From Eledone cirrhosa (Eukaryota): a stretch of 64,000 bases of DNA. Each line of letters starts with the position of its first letter. Within the stretch, counting starts at the first letter, position 1. Shown piece after piece: positions 15,141-28,599 of the stretch. The notes under the pieces were generated by a model that saw only the letters and a program-made list of their open reading frames with translations, did no database searches and had not been told where the DNA came from. The stretch is from assembly GCA_964016885.1 (NCBI GenBank), contig OZ024740.1, forward strand, positions 380,742,001 through 380,806,000. Reading direction: 5' to 3'. The position numbers and the translations under genes are program-made.

Positions 15141-15538
15141 GTGTATGTATGTGTCTCTATATATATATCTCTATTAATGCGTGTGTGTATGTATATACAT
15201 ATGCCTTTTTATTATTATTTTTATTTGTATGTCTGAGTTAGGTGAGGTTGTAGTTTTTTTATGTATATATGCATATATAGATGCGTATGTATTTGTATAT
15301 ATGAGTATAAGTAAGTGCATAAGTATGTATGATTATATATCTAATTCTATGTATGAATATACATGTATATATATATGTGTGTATGTAAGTTGTGTGTGTA
15401 TGTATCTACATGTCTATGTGTGTGTATATATATATATGTATATATATATATATGTATATCGATGTGCGTATATGTATGTACATGTATGTACATGTATGTG
15501 TGTATGTATGTGTATGTATATTTAGATGTATGTGTGTG

Positions 15539-15597
<59 letters not shown>

Positions 15598-16406
15598 ATA
15601 TATATATAGGTATATATCTTTATTATTTATTTTATATATATGTGTATGTGTGTATGTGTTGCGTGTGTGTGTGTGTGTGTATATATATATCTTTATATAT
15701 GTGTATGTGTATGTTCGTGTAAGTGTATGTGTGTGTATGACTGTATATGTGTATGTGTGTATGTGTGTATGCGTAAATATTTCTATGTGTGCGTACATGT
15801 ATGTATGTGTATATATCTGTATGTGTATGTATATTATATTATATTTATTATATTTTATTGTTTTATTTTTTTATTTTTCTTAATTTATAGATACATTTAT
15901 ATTAGACAGTTTGCTCAGACAGTTGAATACTGACCCCTCCCCCCCCCTCCCACCTAATTTCTGTATCTTGATCTAGAAATGTGTGTGCCAGTGTTTTATG
16001 TGAGTGAATTAATATCCATGTGCTTATGATTTTATATCCACATATATAAATGTGAGTGGGGGTGTGTGTGTGTTTGTATGTTCGTGGTTATGTGTATATT
16101 TATGCATATACGCGCGTGTATGTGTGATTGTACTGATATGTGTGAGTATGAAAAAATATATTTATATACTTGATTTCATAAGTATCTTATCTGCGCATTG
16201 TAAGCTCACAGAGATATTAACCTTGAAATTTCGTATTTGCATCCATCCTTTTAGTATGCGTATACAAATTATACATACATTTTTGTAAAATATGTGTAAG
16301 GGTTTTACATGTATATACACACACCGAACTGCATTTAACCCTTTGTGTTTTCATTGGTCAATTTTGAACTGAAATTTTGAATTGTTGTTATTATCAATAA
16401 ATATAC

Positions 16407-16561
16407 TTCATTATTTCTGAAGACGGCGTATATATGTGTTTGGTATGTATATTTAATCTTGATAATTTGTATAATTTTGTATAATTTTGTACATAGATCT
16501 GTTGAATATGCATACCAATTATAACACATATATATCCTAGAAACGATCGTTAAATAATGAA
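16407..16561 (+). ncRNA. PLE-A type I hammerhead ribozyme with very long stem II
   Basis: ttcattattt CTGAAGA c[ggcgtatatatgtgtt..aacacatatatatcct]a GAAA cgatcgTT aaataatgaa: 10-bp stem I, palindromic aacgatcgtt at stem III, predicted cut after 16551 (GUU). Confidence 0.85.
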
Positions 16562-16883
16562 CTTTTTTTGTTTAATATAAGGAATTGTTTATTCATTATT
16601 TGTTTAATATTTTATCTTGACTCTGTATACCGTTTATCTTTCACCGAAAGTCGTTTTTCATTACATCTCTTCTTTCCATGATATCCGGAATACATTGAGT
16701 TCTTCATACGGATTGGACACTACCGTAAACTCTTGGTAGATTTATCTACATAATTTTGCTCCTATTTTCACGGAAATATTCGTATTTTTGGACTGTATGT
16801 GTGTATTAATTTTATATTTATGTATAAACATATATATATGTATGATTTTGTAAACCCATATACATTTAGTTGAGCTCTTTCAA

Positions 16884-19346
16884 TTGTCCATCATCCATAT
16901 CACAATGGAAAAACAATATTTAGGAACCTCCTTGAAAAACATACCAATACCTTCTAAGGACGACTTCTTACTCCTTATGATTCAGAAAACTAATAATTTT
17001 ATCAGAAGGGTTAGATGGAGAGCCTACCACTTCGATAGAAAATCTAAACAAGCAGATCGGAAATATATGTATGATTTCAATACTTACAAGAATCCACCAC
17101 ACAACTTTTTACTTGAAGACTTCGAGAAAGACCTTTTTGATTTAATTAAACACCTCAAATTTAAAAAGTATAAATCCGTCTTTCAAAAGGACCTTGATTC
17201 TACCCTATTGGACCTAAAAAAGTCTAAAAAAATCCATGTCCACTCGGACAAAACTGGTAATTTGTATCATATGGATATTGAACATTATAACGAGTTCATA
17301 TATAAAGAACTCAGAAAAAATTATAAAAAATCTAATAATGTGTCACTCACCAACATCAACAACAAAACACACAACATAGTAAAAAAACTAAACATTGAAG
17401 ATAGAACTGAACCTTTGGCATTGAAAAGACCACACTTCAACCTGAAAGATCACAAATCTAACTTTAACTCAAATCCTTCTATTAGACTTATATGTCCCTC
17501 CAAATCAGATATTGGAATAATTAGCAAAAAAATTTTAGATAGAGTCATCCCACAAATAAGAAAACACGTTATTTTACCACTCTGGGAAAACACCTCCCAG
17601 GTAATTAACTGGTTTAAAAATATTAGGTGTAAATCTTCTGCTTCTTTCCTACAATTTGATATAGATAATTACTATTCTTCTATATCACCTATACTCCTGA
17701 ACAAAGCATTGATATTTGCTAAAAATAGATCTAACTTAACTTTGGATGACATTAACATTATTACACATGCTAGACTAACACTTATTGAATTTCAGAATGA
17801 ATACTGGACCAGAAACACATACAGTAATCTTTTTGATATTACTATGGGTTCAAGCGATTCCGCCCAAATTACTGATCTTGTGGGCCTCTTTCTCCTTTTC
17901 AACATAAATGCCTCTTTTCCCCACCTCAAAGGTGGTTTATATCGTGATGACTGTCTTCTTCTTTCTAACAACCTTAGCCTTTCAGAAATCGAAAAAAACA
18001 AAAAACATATTAGAACTTTCCTTAAAGACTATTATAATCTTAATATTACTTTTGAAAAAACAAGTAAAGTAGTAAATTTCCTAGATATAACTTTAGATTT
18101 AGCTACGGGTATCTACCAACCTTACCATAAACCTAACCAAAACTTACATTACATACACTCACAATCTAATCACCCTAAATCTATCCTTAAAAACCTTGCA
18201 TATAATATATCACTTAGAATTTCTAACCTTTCTTCTAACCAAGATGTATTTGATAAAAATGCGACCTTCTATAACGAAGCTCTAGATAGAAGTGGCCACA
18301 AAAATAGATTAGAGTATATACCTTCTACTAAAAATACTGAAAGCATACAACATAATATTACCAACAAACACCAAATGAAAAGTACACACCTAAATGCCAC
18401 CCACACTATACCCCAAAATACTAAATCTTCTAATATAAAGTATAGTAACTCTCAAAAAACTACTCATCATACAACTATAATAAATATTAATAATAAAACT
18501 CCTAATAAAAAAGATAAAACACCTAAATCTACAAATATAACTAAAAATAGTTGTGGTGAGATCATTAACATTAATCCTCCTAGTAAAAATCACGATACAA
18601 CCTATAAAAATAATAAAAATAATAAACAACATAGAAACCGTAATAGACGGGTTACTTGGTATAATGCTCCTTTTAATTTACAAGTTAAGGATAATATTGC
18701 TAAAAAATTTTTTTATATCCTTGAGAAAAACTTCCCGCCAAACCACAAATACCATCAAATCTTAAATAGGTCTACAGTTAAATTCTCATACTCTACAACA
18801 AATAACATAAAACAAAATATAAGTGCATATAATGCATATAAATGTAAGAAAACCATAAGTATACCACCAGTACATCAAATTAACCATAATATCTCCTCAA
18901 ATACAGAATTAACGAAAGGATGTAACTGTAGAAACAAAGCAAACTGCCCATTAAAAGGGAATTGTCTTGTTAACAACATAGTCTATAAATGTAATGTTAA
19001 AACTAAAGATTCTATTTGCTCATATATAGGAGCTACCTCTAACAATTTTAAGACAAGGTTTAATACCCACAAGCATAGTTTTAAAAATGCCGCACTGGCT
19101 AATACAACATCTCTAGCAGAAAAAATCAATAGTTATAAAAATAAGAATATAAAATATGATTTGACCTGGAGTGTGCTCAAAAGAGCCACCCCTTATCAAA
19201 ATAATAGAAATGAATGTAGATTATGTTCCCAAGAACTATTTGAAATAATGAAGTCTAAGGATATCTTATTAAATAAACGACAGGAATTAATTATATCGTG
19301 TAATCATAAACTAAAAAAAACATTTAAATATTATAAACCTAATTAA
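16884..19346 (+). CDS. Penelope-like element protein: reverse transcriptase + Cys linker + C-terminal GIY-YIG endonuclease (likely start ATG 16905)
   Basis: 820 aa uninterrupted; SLKNIPIPS, DKTGN, FDIDNYYSSI, TMGSSDSAQITDLVG, GLYRDD, VNFLDITLDL, CxCx5Cx5C linker, IVY..YIG..FKTRFNTH, CRLC, LLNKRQE, CNH. Confidence 0.95.
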   Translation: MSIIHITMEKQYLGTSLKNIPIPSKDDFLLLMIQKTNNFIRRVRWRAYHFDRKSKQADRKYMYDFNTYKNPPHNFLLEDFEKDLFDLIKHLKFKKYKSVFQKDLDSTLLDLKKSKKIHVHSDKTGNLYHMDIEHYNEFIYKELRKNYKKSNNVSLTNINNKTHNIVKKLNIEDRTEPLALKRPHFNLKDHKSNFNSNPSIRLICPSKSDIGIISKKILDRVIPQIRKHVILPLWENTSQVINWFKNIRCKSSASFLQFDIDNYYSSISPILLNKALIFAKNRSNLTLDDINIITHARLTLIEFQNEYWTRNTYSNLFDITMGSSDSAQITDLVGLFLLFNINASFPHLKGGLYRDDCLLLSNNLSLSEIEKNKKHIRTFLKDYYNLNITFEKTSKVVNFLDITLDLATGIYQPYHKPNQNLHYIHSQSNHPKSILKNLAYNISLRISNLSSNQDVFDKNATFYNEALDRSGHKNRLEYIPSTKNTESIQHNITNKHQMKSTHLNATHTIPQNTKSSNIKYSNSQKTTHHTTIININNKTPNKKDKTPKSTNITKNSCGEIININPPSKNHDTTYKNNKNNKQHRNRNRRVTWYNAPFNLQVKDNIAKKFFYILEKNFPPNHKYHQILNRSTVKFSYSTTNNIKQNISAYNAYKCKKTISIPPVHQINHNISSNTELTKGCNCRNKANCPLKGNCLVNNIVYKCNVKTKDSICSYIGATSNNFKTRFNTHKHSFKNAALANTTSLAEKINSYKNKNIKYDLTWSVLKRATPYQNNRNECRLCSQELFEIMKSKDILLNKRQELIISCNHKLKKTFKYYKPN

Positions 19347-19870
19347 TAACATTATTTTAGAAATTAATTTAATTTAAATGTTAGTTAACCTATAAATTTA
19401 ATTTAATTAATATTTTATTACAGATGAGAATATAAAATATTATGTAATCATAAATTGTGAAAAACCTTTAAATATTACTAATATATACTTAGTAATTTAA
19501 TTTATAGATTAATTTTAATTTATTTAAACCTTTTATTATAACTCTTTTACAGATAAAATATAACAAAATAATATCGTGTATCCAATGACAGAGAAATAAT
19601 TTTTAGTATTATAGACCTAATTAATATACATTTTAGAAATATATTTATTATTTGGTTTTAGTTTTAATCAACCTAAAAATTTTAATTTTAATTTGCTTAA
19701 AATTAGTATCCTTATACAGACGAATTGCAGAATGTCATGTAATCATAGAATGGGATGCGTTTTGGATATATACCTAGTTAATATATTCTGTGCAATTTTT
19801 TTGAAAAAGATATGTATATGTATATGTGTATGTGTATGTGGGTGTGTGTATGTGTATGTGTATGTATGTA

Positions 19871-19929
<59 letters not shown>

Positions 19930-21054
19930 ATATGTATGTATATGTGTATGTGTTTGTATATGTATATGTATGCGTATTAATTTTGATTTCTATTTGCATA
20001 TAATTATATTATGCTATTGATGAAATACAGTATCTGCTTTATGTATTGTATACCTAATTAACATATACTATTGAAATAAATATATAATTTTTAATTTAGT
20101 TAACATATAATTTATATTCTACTACCGATGTAATACTTTATTTTATTTTTTTCCCTATTACTAAATTCATTTCCTAATATTGATACCATAACGTTATTAA
20201 CTTTAATTTAGTTATACTGTAATTAATAATCTACTACTGTTTGACTTCAAAATTCTGCTTCAAATATTATAAACCTAACTAATTTACACCTTAGAAATCA
20301 ATATGTTGACTATCTTTGGTTTAGTTAACATATGATTAATGATATACTTATTTATTTTGAGATGCATAGATTTTGCCTTGGTTCTTGTTTGTCGTATTTC
20401 CTAACACTGAATATATGTAAGAACATACATTGGATAAAAATACGGAAAATTTTCTATGTTTCTTGAAACATATATTTACTTTTCCCCTTCTCCAAACCCC
20501 CCCTTTCCCCCATACTATTATCATCTGTATTTGTAAGCGTCTATGTATGAATATATATGTAGGTAGGTGTCTATATAGGTTTGGGTATTTATATCTAAAT
20601 ATAAAAATACATATATGCGCATGCAAATATGAATGTAAGATTGCGTGTGTATATATGAGTGTGTATATGTATGTATATATGTGTATATATGCATTATATA
20701 TGTATGTGTATGTGAATGTGTGTACGTATATGTGTATGTATGTGTATATATGTGTATATATGTGTATGCATGTATATATAGGAATATATATATGTATATA
20801 TATATGTATATGTATATGCGTGTGTATGTATGTGTGTGTATGTGTGTTGTATATATATGTATGTCTCTCTATTTATATGTTTATCTTCGTATCTATGTGA
20901 TATATGTGTGTGTGTGTGTGCATGTATGCATATGTATGTGTTTATGTGTATTTGTGTGTGTGTGTGTACATATGTGTGTGTGCGCACACACACATATATA
21001 TATGTGAGTGTGTATATGTGTCTGTGTATATGTGTGTGTGTATATATGTATATA

Positions 21055-21106
<52 letters not shown>

Positions 21107-21200
21107 TGTCTATGTGTGAATATATGTCTTTATTAGTATGTGTGTATTTATGTATGTATATGTTTATATGTATGTATGTATGTGTATGTATGTATGTATA

Positions 21201-21255
<55 letters not shown>

Positions 21256-21375
21256 CTTTATTATTATAATATAACTTATGTGTATGTATGTATAAGTGAG
21301 GTTGTGTACGTGTATATAATATGTGTATATATAAGTGTAATTAATGTATATATATATGTGCATGTCTGTTTTTTA

Positions 21376-21411
<36 letters not shown>

Positions 21412-21481
21412 CGTGTGTATATATATATATATATGTGGGTGTTTGTATGTGTATTTATGGTGGTATGAGTGTGTGGATATC

Positions 21482-21529
<48 letters not shown>

Positions 21530-21532
21530 AGT

Positions 21533-21592
<60 letters not shown>

Positions 21593-21991
21593 GTGTATGT
21601 ATGTGTCTCTATATATATATCTCTATTAATGCGTGTGTGTATGTATATACATATGCCTTTTTATTATTATTTTTATTTGTATGTCTGAGTTAGGTGAGGT
21701 TGTAGTTTTTTTTATGTATATATGCATATATAGATGCGTATGTATTTGTATATATGAGTATAAGTAAGTGCATAAGTATGTATGATTATATATCTAATTC
21801 TATGTATGAATATACATGTATATATATATGTGTGTATGTAAGTTGTGTGTGTATGTATCTACATGTCTATGTGTGTGTATATATATATATGTATATATAT
21901 ATATATGTATATCGATGTGCGTATATGTATGTACATGTATGTACATGTATGTGTGTATGTATGTGTATGTATATTTAGATGTATGTGTGTG

Positions 21992-22040
<49 letters not shown>

Positions 22041-22848
22041 ATATATATATAGGTATATATCTTTATTATTTATTTTATATATATGTGTATGTGTGTATGT
22101 GTTGCGTGTGTGTGTGTGTGTGTATATATATATCTTTATATATGTGTATGTGTATGTTCGTGTAAGTGTATGTGTGTGTATGACTGTATATGTGTATGTG
22201 TGTATGTGTGTATGCGTAAATATTTCTATGTGTGCGTACATGTATGTATGTGTATATATCTGTATGTGTATGTATATTATATTATATTTATTATATTTTA
22301 TTGTTTTATTTTTTTATTTTTCTTAATTTATAGATACATTTATATTAGACAGTTTGCTCAGACAGTTGAATACTGACCCCTCCCCCCCCTCCCACCTAAT
22401 TTCTGTATCTTGATCTAGAAATGTGTGTGCCAGTGTTTTATGTGAGTGAATTAATATCCATGTGCTTATGATTTTATATCCACATATATAAATGTGAGTG
22501 GGGGTGTGTGTGTGTTTGTATGTTCGTGGTTATGTGTATATTTATGCATATACGCGCGTGTATGTGTGATTGTACTGATATGTGTGAGTATGAAAAAATA
22601 TATTTATATACTTGATTTCATAAGTATCTTATCTGCGCATTGTAAGCTCACAGAGATATTAACCTTGAAATTTCGTATTTGCATCCATCCTTTTAGTATG
22701 CGTATACAAATTATACATACATTTTTGTAAAATATGTGTAAGGGTTTTACATGTATATACACACACCGAACTGCATTTAACCCTTTGTGTTTTCATTGGT
22801 CAATTTTGAACTGAAATTTTGAATTGTTGTTATTATCAATAAATATAC

Positions 22849-23003
22849 TTCATTATTTCTGAAGACGGCGTATATATGTGTTTGGTATGTATATTTAATC
22901 TTGATAATTTGTATAATTTTGTATAATTTTGTACATAGATCTGTTGAATATGCATACCAATTATAACACATATATATCCTAGAAACGATCGTTAAATAAT
23001 GAA
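22849..23003 (+). ncRNA. PLE-A type I hammerhead ribozyme (3' copy)
   Basis: Matches 16407-16561. Confidence 0.85.
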
Positions 23004-23048
23004 CTTTTTTTGTTTAATATAAGGAATTGTTTATTCATTATTTGTTTA

Positions 23049-23137
<89 letters not shown>

Positions 23138-23196
23138 CAAGGCTCTGATACCATCAACACTATAAACACAGAGCTGGCATATCTAAGAACTGACTA

Positions 23197-23252
23197 ACTG
23201 CCTGATGAGGTCATAGCCATTCAATGGCTATTATCGAAATATATATAGCAGT
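23197..23252 (+). ncRNA. Type I minimal hammerhead ribozyme (family C related)
   Basis: actgc CTGATGA ggtcatagccat-tca-atggctattatc GAAA tatataTA gcagt; stem II changes vs 9535 copy keep pairing. Confidence 0.88.
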
Positions 23253-23275
23253 AAATAAAGGATTATGAGTCCATG

Positions 23276-23653
<378 letters not shown>

Positions 23654-24250
23654 GTTTATAGATTTCTACACAACAAAATCAGAGTAATCAATATTTATAT
23701 CGGAGTGAATAATATGTAATGATTTAGTCAGTTAGCGATAATACATCACGATAATACATCTCTAGGTATGAGTTTCATACCTAGAGATTAGGATAATCAC
23801 TAGACTATGCAAATTTAACTGAATATCAGCGACATATAAAACATGTAATTTTTTCATGTCGAGTTTCCGGGACTGCATTATGGTTTGGATAATTACATAT
23901 TAATATATACTGCCCATGTTATTTCTCTTCACATGTTTTTACTAACCAAGGGGAAGTTATTCACGCCCAAAATGAATTATAATAAATTATATAAAATATA
24001 TGAATTATATGATATAATGAATTATATCCCGTACAATAATTTAAAACACATAATGCAATATTTGAAACCTTGCACGAAAAACTGATTAAACCAATTTATG
24101 TAATTTATGTAAATAACTAATAATCGACTAAGAATTTGAATATTTATCGTCTGCATCACTGTACGAAACCTGATATCATTATCATTTTTCATTGATGGAT
24201 TATATAATTGCGTACAAGCGTTAGAGAGGGGGTTGAGTGTATGTGTGCGT

Positions 24251-24303
<53 letters not shown>

Positions 24304-25469
24304 GATCATAATCTAGGATTAAGAAAGCTCGATTTCACAAAGGGAACCAAGTTGGCTTCCTTTTAGAAATATACACGAACACGTCTGTACGAAATAGCAG
24401 CCAAAATTCCGTCAAATCACATCATTTTGTCTTTTTAAAATGCAAACATTTAATGGAGTAATCGTTGGTACACTTTATCCTTGCATAAAAATGTGTGATA
24501 GTCAAGGGAGAAATACTTTTGATCATAGGTGTGCTCAATCAAGAGTGACCTGGGGCAACTTAACAGGAACAACACAGACACTCCCATGTTTTCAATTCAC
24601 ACTTCACGTCAGAAACACTTTTATGTCCTTAAAGTTGCTTAAAGGGAAAAGTTTGAATACAATTATTTGTCTCTATTCAAGTTTTTTTTTATGTTATAAA
24701 GAAATAAGATACTACCTTCGCAATTAACATTCATAGAGTAATTTACTCTTCGGTTATATGCACTGAAATAAATAATCGGCAGCCGACTGCGACCAGTATT
24801 AAAGTTATATACTGTCTTGGTTGTGAAACACAAATCAAGTTAAAGGAAAAAAGGGGAAATATAAAGGACTTTGAATAGTCTACTTTCTAAGATGTTTAAA
24901 TAATTATACTGAAAGGGGAGTGGTTACGAATTTGTCTCATTTTACATGAAGTTAGTAGGTTTTCTTAAAGATAGATAGGTTGTTTTTTGTTCGGTTAGTT
25001 ACAAACACACGTTATGTCGATAAACCCAATAACATTATAACCTCTGAAAGAGGAGTATTTGCAAAGCGGAGTAACAAAAGACGAACACCTAAAAAAGAAA
25101 AAACAAAACAAAACACTCGTGTTCTAATTATTCGAATTGCATGCATTCCCGAAAATCATTCGTAGGAATACTTTTCAGGGACTTTAACAGTCTATTTCTC
25201 TATTGTGATATAGGTGTAATGCAAAGGAGATGAGCCGACCTCAAAAGAGATATACAATTAACAAGTACAAGTACACCTAATCATAAAATTTATGCAAATT
25301 TGTATCTATATCTATACATAGTCTATAACAAAGGTTATATACAAAATGCAAGTCATAAAGAGATGTTAATATTATTTTAGAGAATATTGTGTGAATGCTG
25401 AACTTGCTAAATGGTTATGATTTGATGTCATTTCCTTCGATTAACACTTGAATTTGAAATTAATAGCAT

Positions 25470-25755
25470 CGGCGAACTGAGGATAAGGACGTCTTCTTTA
25501 AGTGTCCCCTGCATATAGTGGAGTAATGATCTGTGACAGATGCCGCGAAGCCATCTGTGTTGCAATTGAGGTTCACAACCTCCGAATTGGACGAGTTGAT
25601 CTCGAGGCCGATTTTCACAAGAGCGGTAACCACTGATCGGAGATCGGGGCTGGCACTCTCTGCGGAGCCACCAATCGTCGCATCGTTCAGGTACCAGGCA
25701 TTGATACTAGCTGTGATGCTCCCAGCAACGCTGTCTACCTTGACAGCGAATTAAC
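25470..25755 (-). pseudogene. CRE-clade non-LTR retrotransposon RT fragment
   Basis: Minus strand reads FAVKVDSVAGSITASINAWYLNDATIGG...KIGLEINSSNSEV (WYLDDxTxGG and GLxLNxxKxE motifs). Confidence 0.7.
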
Positions 25756-26400
25756 TGAAAAACAAAACCCCCAAAACATAACAAAAAATAAAAATAAACA
25801 ATAAACAACTTTGTATAAATCAGATACTTAATTGTATTACATGCTGATGTGAGCGTTCTCTCCGTCACAGTATATGGTTTCAGATAAATAATTATTATAG
25901 CGTGAAAGAATTACTTTGAGAAATACCAATCACGAGAACAAACAAATCTTCTGACCCCCTTTTATTTGACACGCGTGGCCGTTAGTTTCTATTGTTCTTA
26001 AATCTGAAATATCCTGTTTATGCAGGGGTTGAGAGCGACTGTTATCGCCTACCACTGAAAATATTTTTCGCATCAACTAACCTTTCCAAATGAAATGTGC
26101 CAGAAAACCAAACCATATTGATAATGTACCCCTCCGCATTAATATAATATATACATACATATATATATGTCTGTATCTCTGTCTGTGTGTGCGTGTGTGT
26201 AAATGTGTGTTTTCTCTGTGTATAATTATTGGGATTAATGTATTAAATGCATTTTTAAGAAAAACATTTTTTTCTAATCCGGGAAAAAAATTATTTTTGG
26301 ATTTTGTGAAGAAAATAAATTTGTTGAAAGCACAAGTGAAGCCATTTTTTCTTCCCCCCTGTCTTAATATACCTAACTGTACCAAGGATTACACACATTT

Positions 26401-26431
<31 letters not shown>

Positions 26432-26437
<6 letters not shown>

Positions 26438-26955
26438 AAAGACGTAAAATAAAAAAATTATAAAAATTAACTTACTAAAATTTCACTCCAACTAATTAGT
26501 TTCTGAAAAGGAATAAACATGGTTTCCGAATAGTTCATAGTAATGGTTCGGCTGCTGGCTTCTTAACAAACCACTCCTCACTGATTAACCTCGATGTCAC
26601 GTGATTGATTCTTTTGAATTTGCCACCGACCCAGTAGGCAGTGATTTTTTCAATGTCTTGGAACTTAGTCAACGCTTTGCTTTTTTCCATCCACTGAATT
26701 ATTTTTGTATAAGTTCCCTGTGTCCACGCATTGCCTGGAAACTTAGCTGAGAATAGACTTCCCTGATGACGAAAGGACTTCTCCGTGCGTTTCTTCGGAA
26801 ACCATGTTTATTCCCTTTCAGAAACTAATTAGTTGGAGTGAAATTTTAGTAAGTAAGTTAATTTTTATAATTTTCTTATTTTACGTCTTTCATATTATTG
26901 TTCTGCATCCCCATGCATTGAACCACAAAGTTACTAAGACAAAACCTATATATTT
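26432..26955. mobile_element. Inverted-arm HHR insertion (family E)
   Basis: 26432-26530 is reverse complement of about 26795-26893; right arm continues about 55 bp further; (TA)n flanks. Confidence 0.75.
26757..26839 (+). ncRNA. Type I hammerhead ribozyme
   Basis: acttcc CTGATGA c gaaagg..cctttc a GAAA ctaattagTT ggagt; palindromic aactaattagtt. Confidence 0.7.
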
Positions 26956-27008
26956 GCTGGCATAGGTATGTATGCATCTGTATATATATGTTAGTAGATA
27001 TACTAATT

Positions 27009-27097
<89 letters not shown>

Positions 27098-27205
27098 TAA
27101 AAGGAAATCCAACTTTGATTTACGTTGTTTTATTTACAATCCTTTAAAATCATAATGATATTATAATGAAATAGTATGGTAGAATTTTAAATGTTAAGTG
27201 TAATT

Positions 27206-27244
27206 TGAACAAGTACTTTCATGCTTTCACAATCTTCAGGTTCA
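27206..27244 (-). ncRNA. Type I minimal hammerhead ribozyme
   Basis: Minus: tgaac CTGAAGA ttgtgaaagcat GAAA gtacTT gttca. Confidence 0.75.
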
Positions 27245-27337
27245 TATTCTGTGGTGACAGTCAAGTTTGCAATTTTCAACTGTGATTTTGCAATTTTCAC
27301 AGTTGAAAATTGCAAACTTGACTGTCACCACTGAATA

Positions 27338-27376
27338 TGAACCTGAAGATTGCGAAACCATGAAAGTACTTGTTTA
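27338..27376 (+). ncRNA. Type I minimal hammerhead ribozyme (mirror copy)
   Basis: tgaac CTGAAGA ttgcgaaaccat GAAA gtacTT gttta. Confidence 0.7.
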
Positions 27377-27545
27377 ATTAACACTTAACATTTAATATTC
27401 TACCATACTATTTCATTATAATATCATTATAATTTTAAAGGATTGTAAATAAAACGAGTAAATCAGACAAAGTTGGAATTCCTTTTATTAATATAATCTT
27501 CTATACACAATCATACACACCCGTATATATATATATATATATATA

Positions 27546-27619
<74 letters not shown>

Positions 27620-27639
27620 TTATTAAAATAACAGATTAA

Positions 27640-27690
27640 AGTTTAAGCAAAGAATCGCTGCTTTCACTCTTAACGGGATCTTCTGAAACT
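27640..27690 (-). ncRNA. PLE-B hammerhead-like motif with CAGAAGA core
   Basis: Minus: agttt CAGAAGA tcccgttaagagt GAA agca..tgcT T aaact. Confidence 0.6.
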
Positions 27691-28599
27691 AACAAAGTCA
27701 ATCTGTAAACGCAGAAGTGGAAATTTCAAAAAACGTTGCAACCGGAGGAAGACAGGAAGACGATACTTTGGTTCGTGGAAACGTTCGCTGGCAAAGAACG
27801 GGAAAAAACGAATATAATACGTCATTAATAGAAGCGGTGAAAAACAATTACGCGCAAAGACAGAACCACGTTTGTGGTATAAAAGAGGTCGTAGACTAAT
27901 GTTCTCTTAGGTGGTTCATAGAGACATTCTCTGGCAATGAACGAAAAAAAACGAAGATAATACGTCATATGTGGAGCGTGGAGAACAATAGCACGCAAAG
28001 ACAAAACCACGTAAATGGTAATCGTAGACTAAAATTCTAACTAGGAGACCGAATGAATCTCCGCTACAGAGTTAAGAACAAAGTAAATACATACAATACA
28101 GAGGTAATAGAAATAAATAAATACATACACGCAAACAAATACGTACATACACAAGCATACGCAAAACACTTACCATAGGTATACGAAACCACGCACATAT
28201 AAATATGTGTATGTGTGTATATGCGTGTATACAAATAAATAAATAATTATATAAACGTATATAAATAAATAAATACGTATATAACAAGCGCACACAATAC
28301 CTACATGTAAATACACGAATGTTCGGAGACGTAAGTCAACCAAAACATGAAGTACACATATACACACACCCTACATACGTACGAACCTGCATACTCACAC
28401 AGACGCAAAATTCCCGTATACACATAGCCAAACCATATGTACCAGAATATATAAAATTATACGCCATAACAATCAAATATACGTACTTTCACAAAACATA
28501 CGGGCAAAATATACTTACCTATGCAAATAAGTAATGGTATAAATATAACATATACTTAGCTCCCACATCAAGACGTAAAATATCCACGTATAAATCGTA

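Larger units (their letters stand above)
9665..23057 (+). mobile_element. Penelope-like retroelement insertion (PLE-A): inverted 3' arm 9665-11157, 5'-truncated unit 11164-17599, second unit to 23057
   Basis: Direct repeat with about 6436-6442 bp period, 1.5 kb inverted repeat of 15254-16752, RT+GIY-YIG ORF, HHR in each terminal repeat, (TA)n on both flanks. Confidence 0.95.
27093..27524. mobile_element. Palindromic HHR insertion (family F)
   Basis: About 200-bp arms around centre near 27300; right arm about 30 bp longer; (TA)n flanks. Confidence 0.8.

Noticed and set aside
9649-23133. Target-site duplication for PLE-A
   Set aside because: Flanks are (TA)n so a TSD cannot be defined
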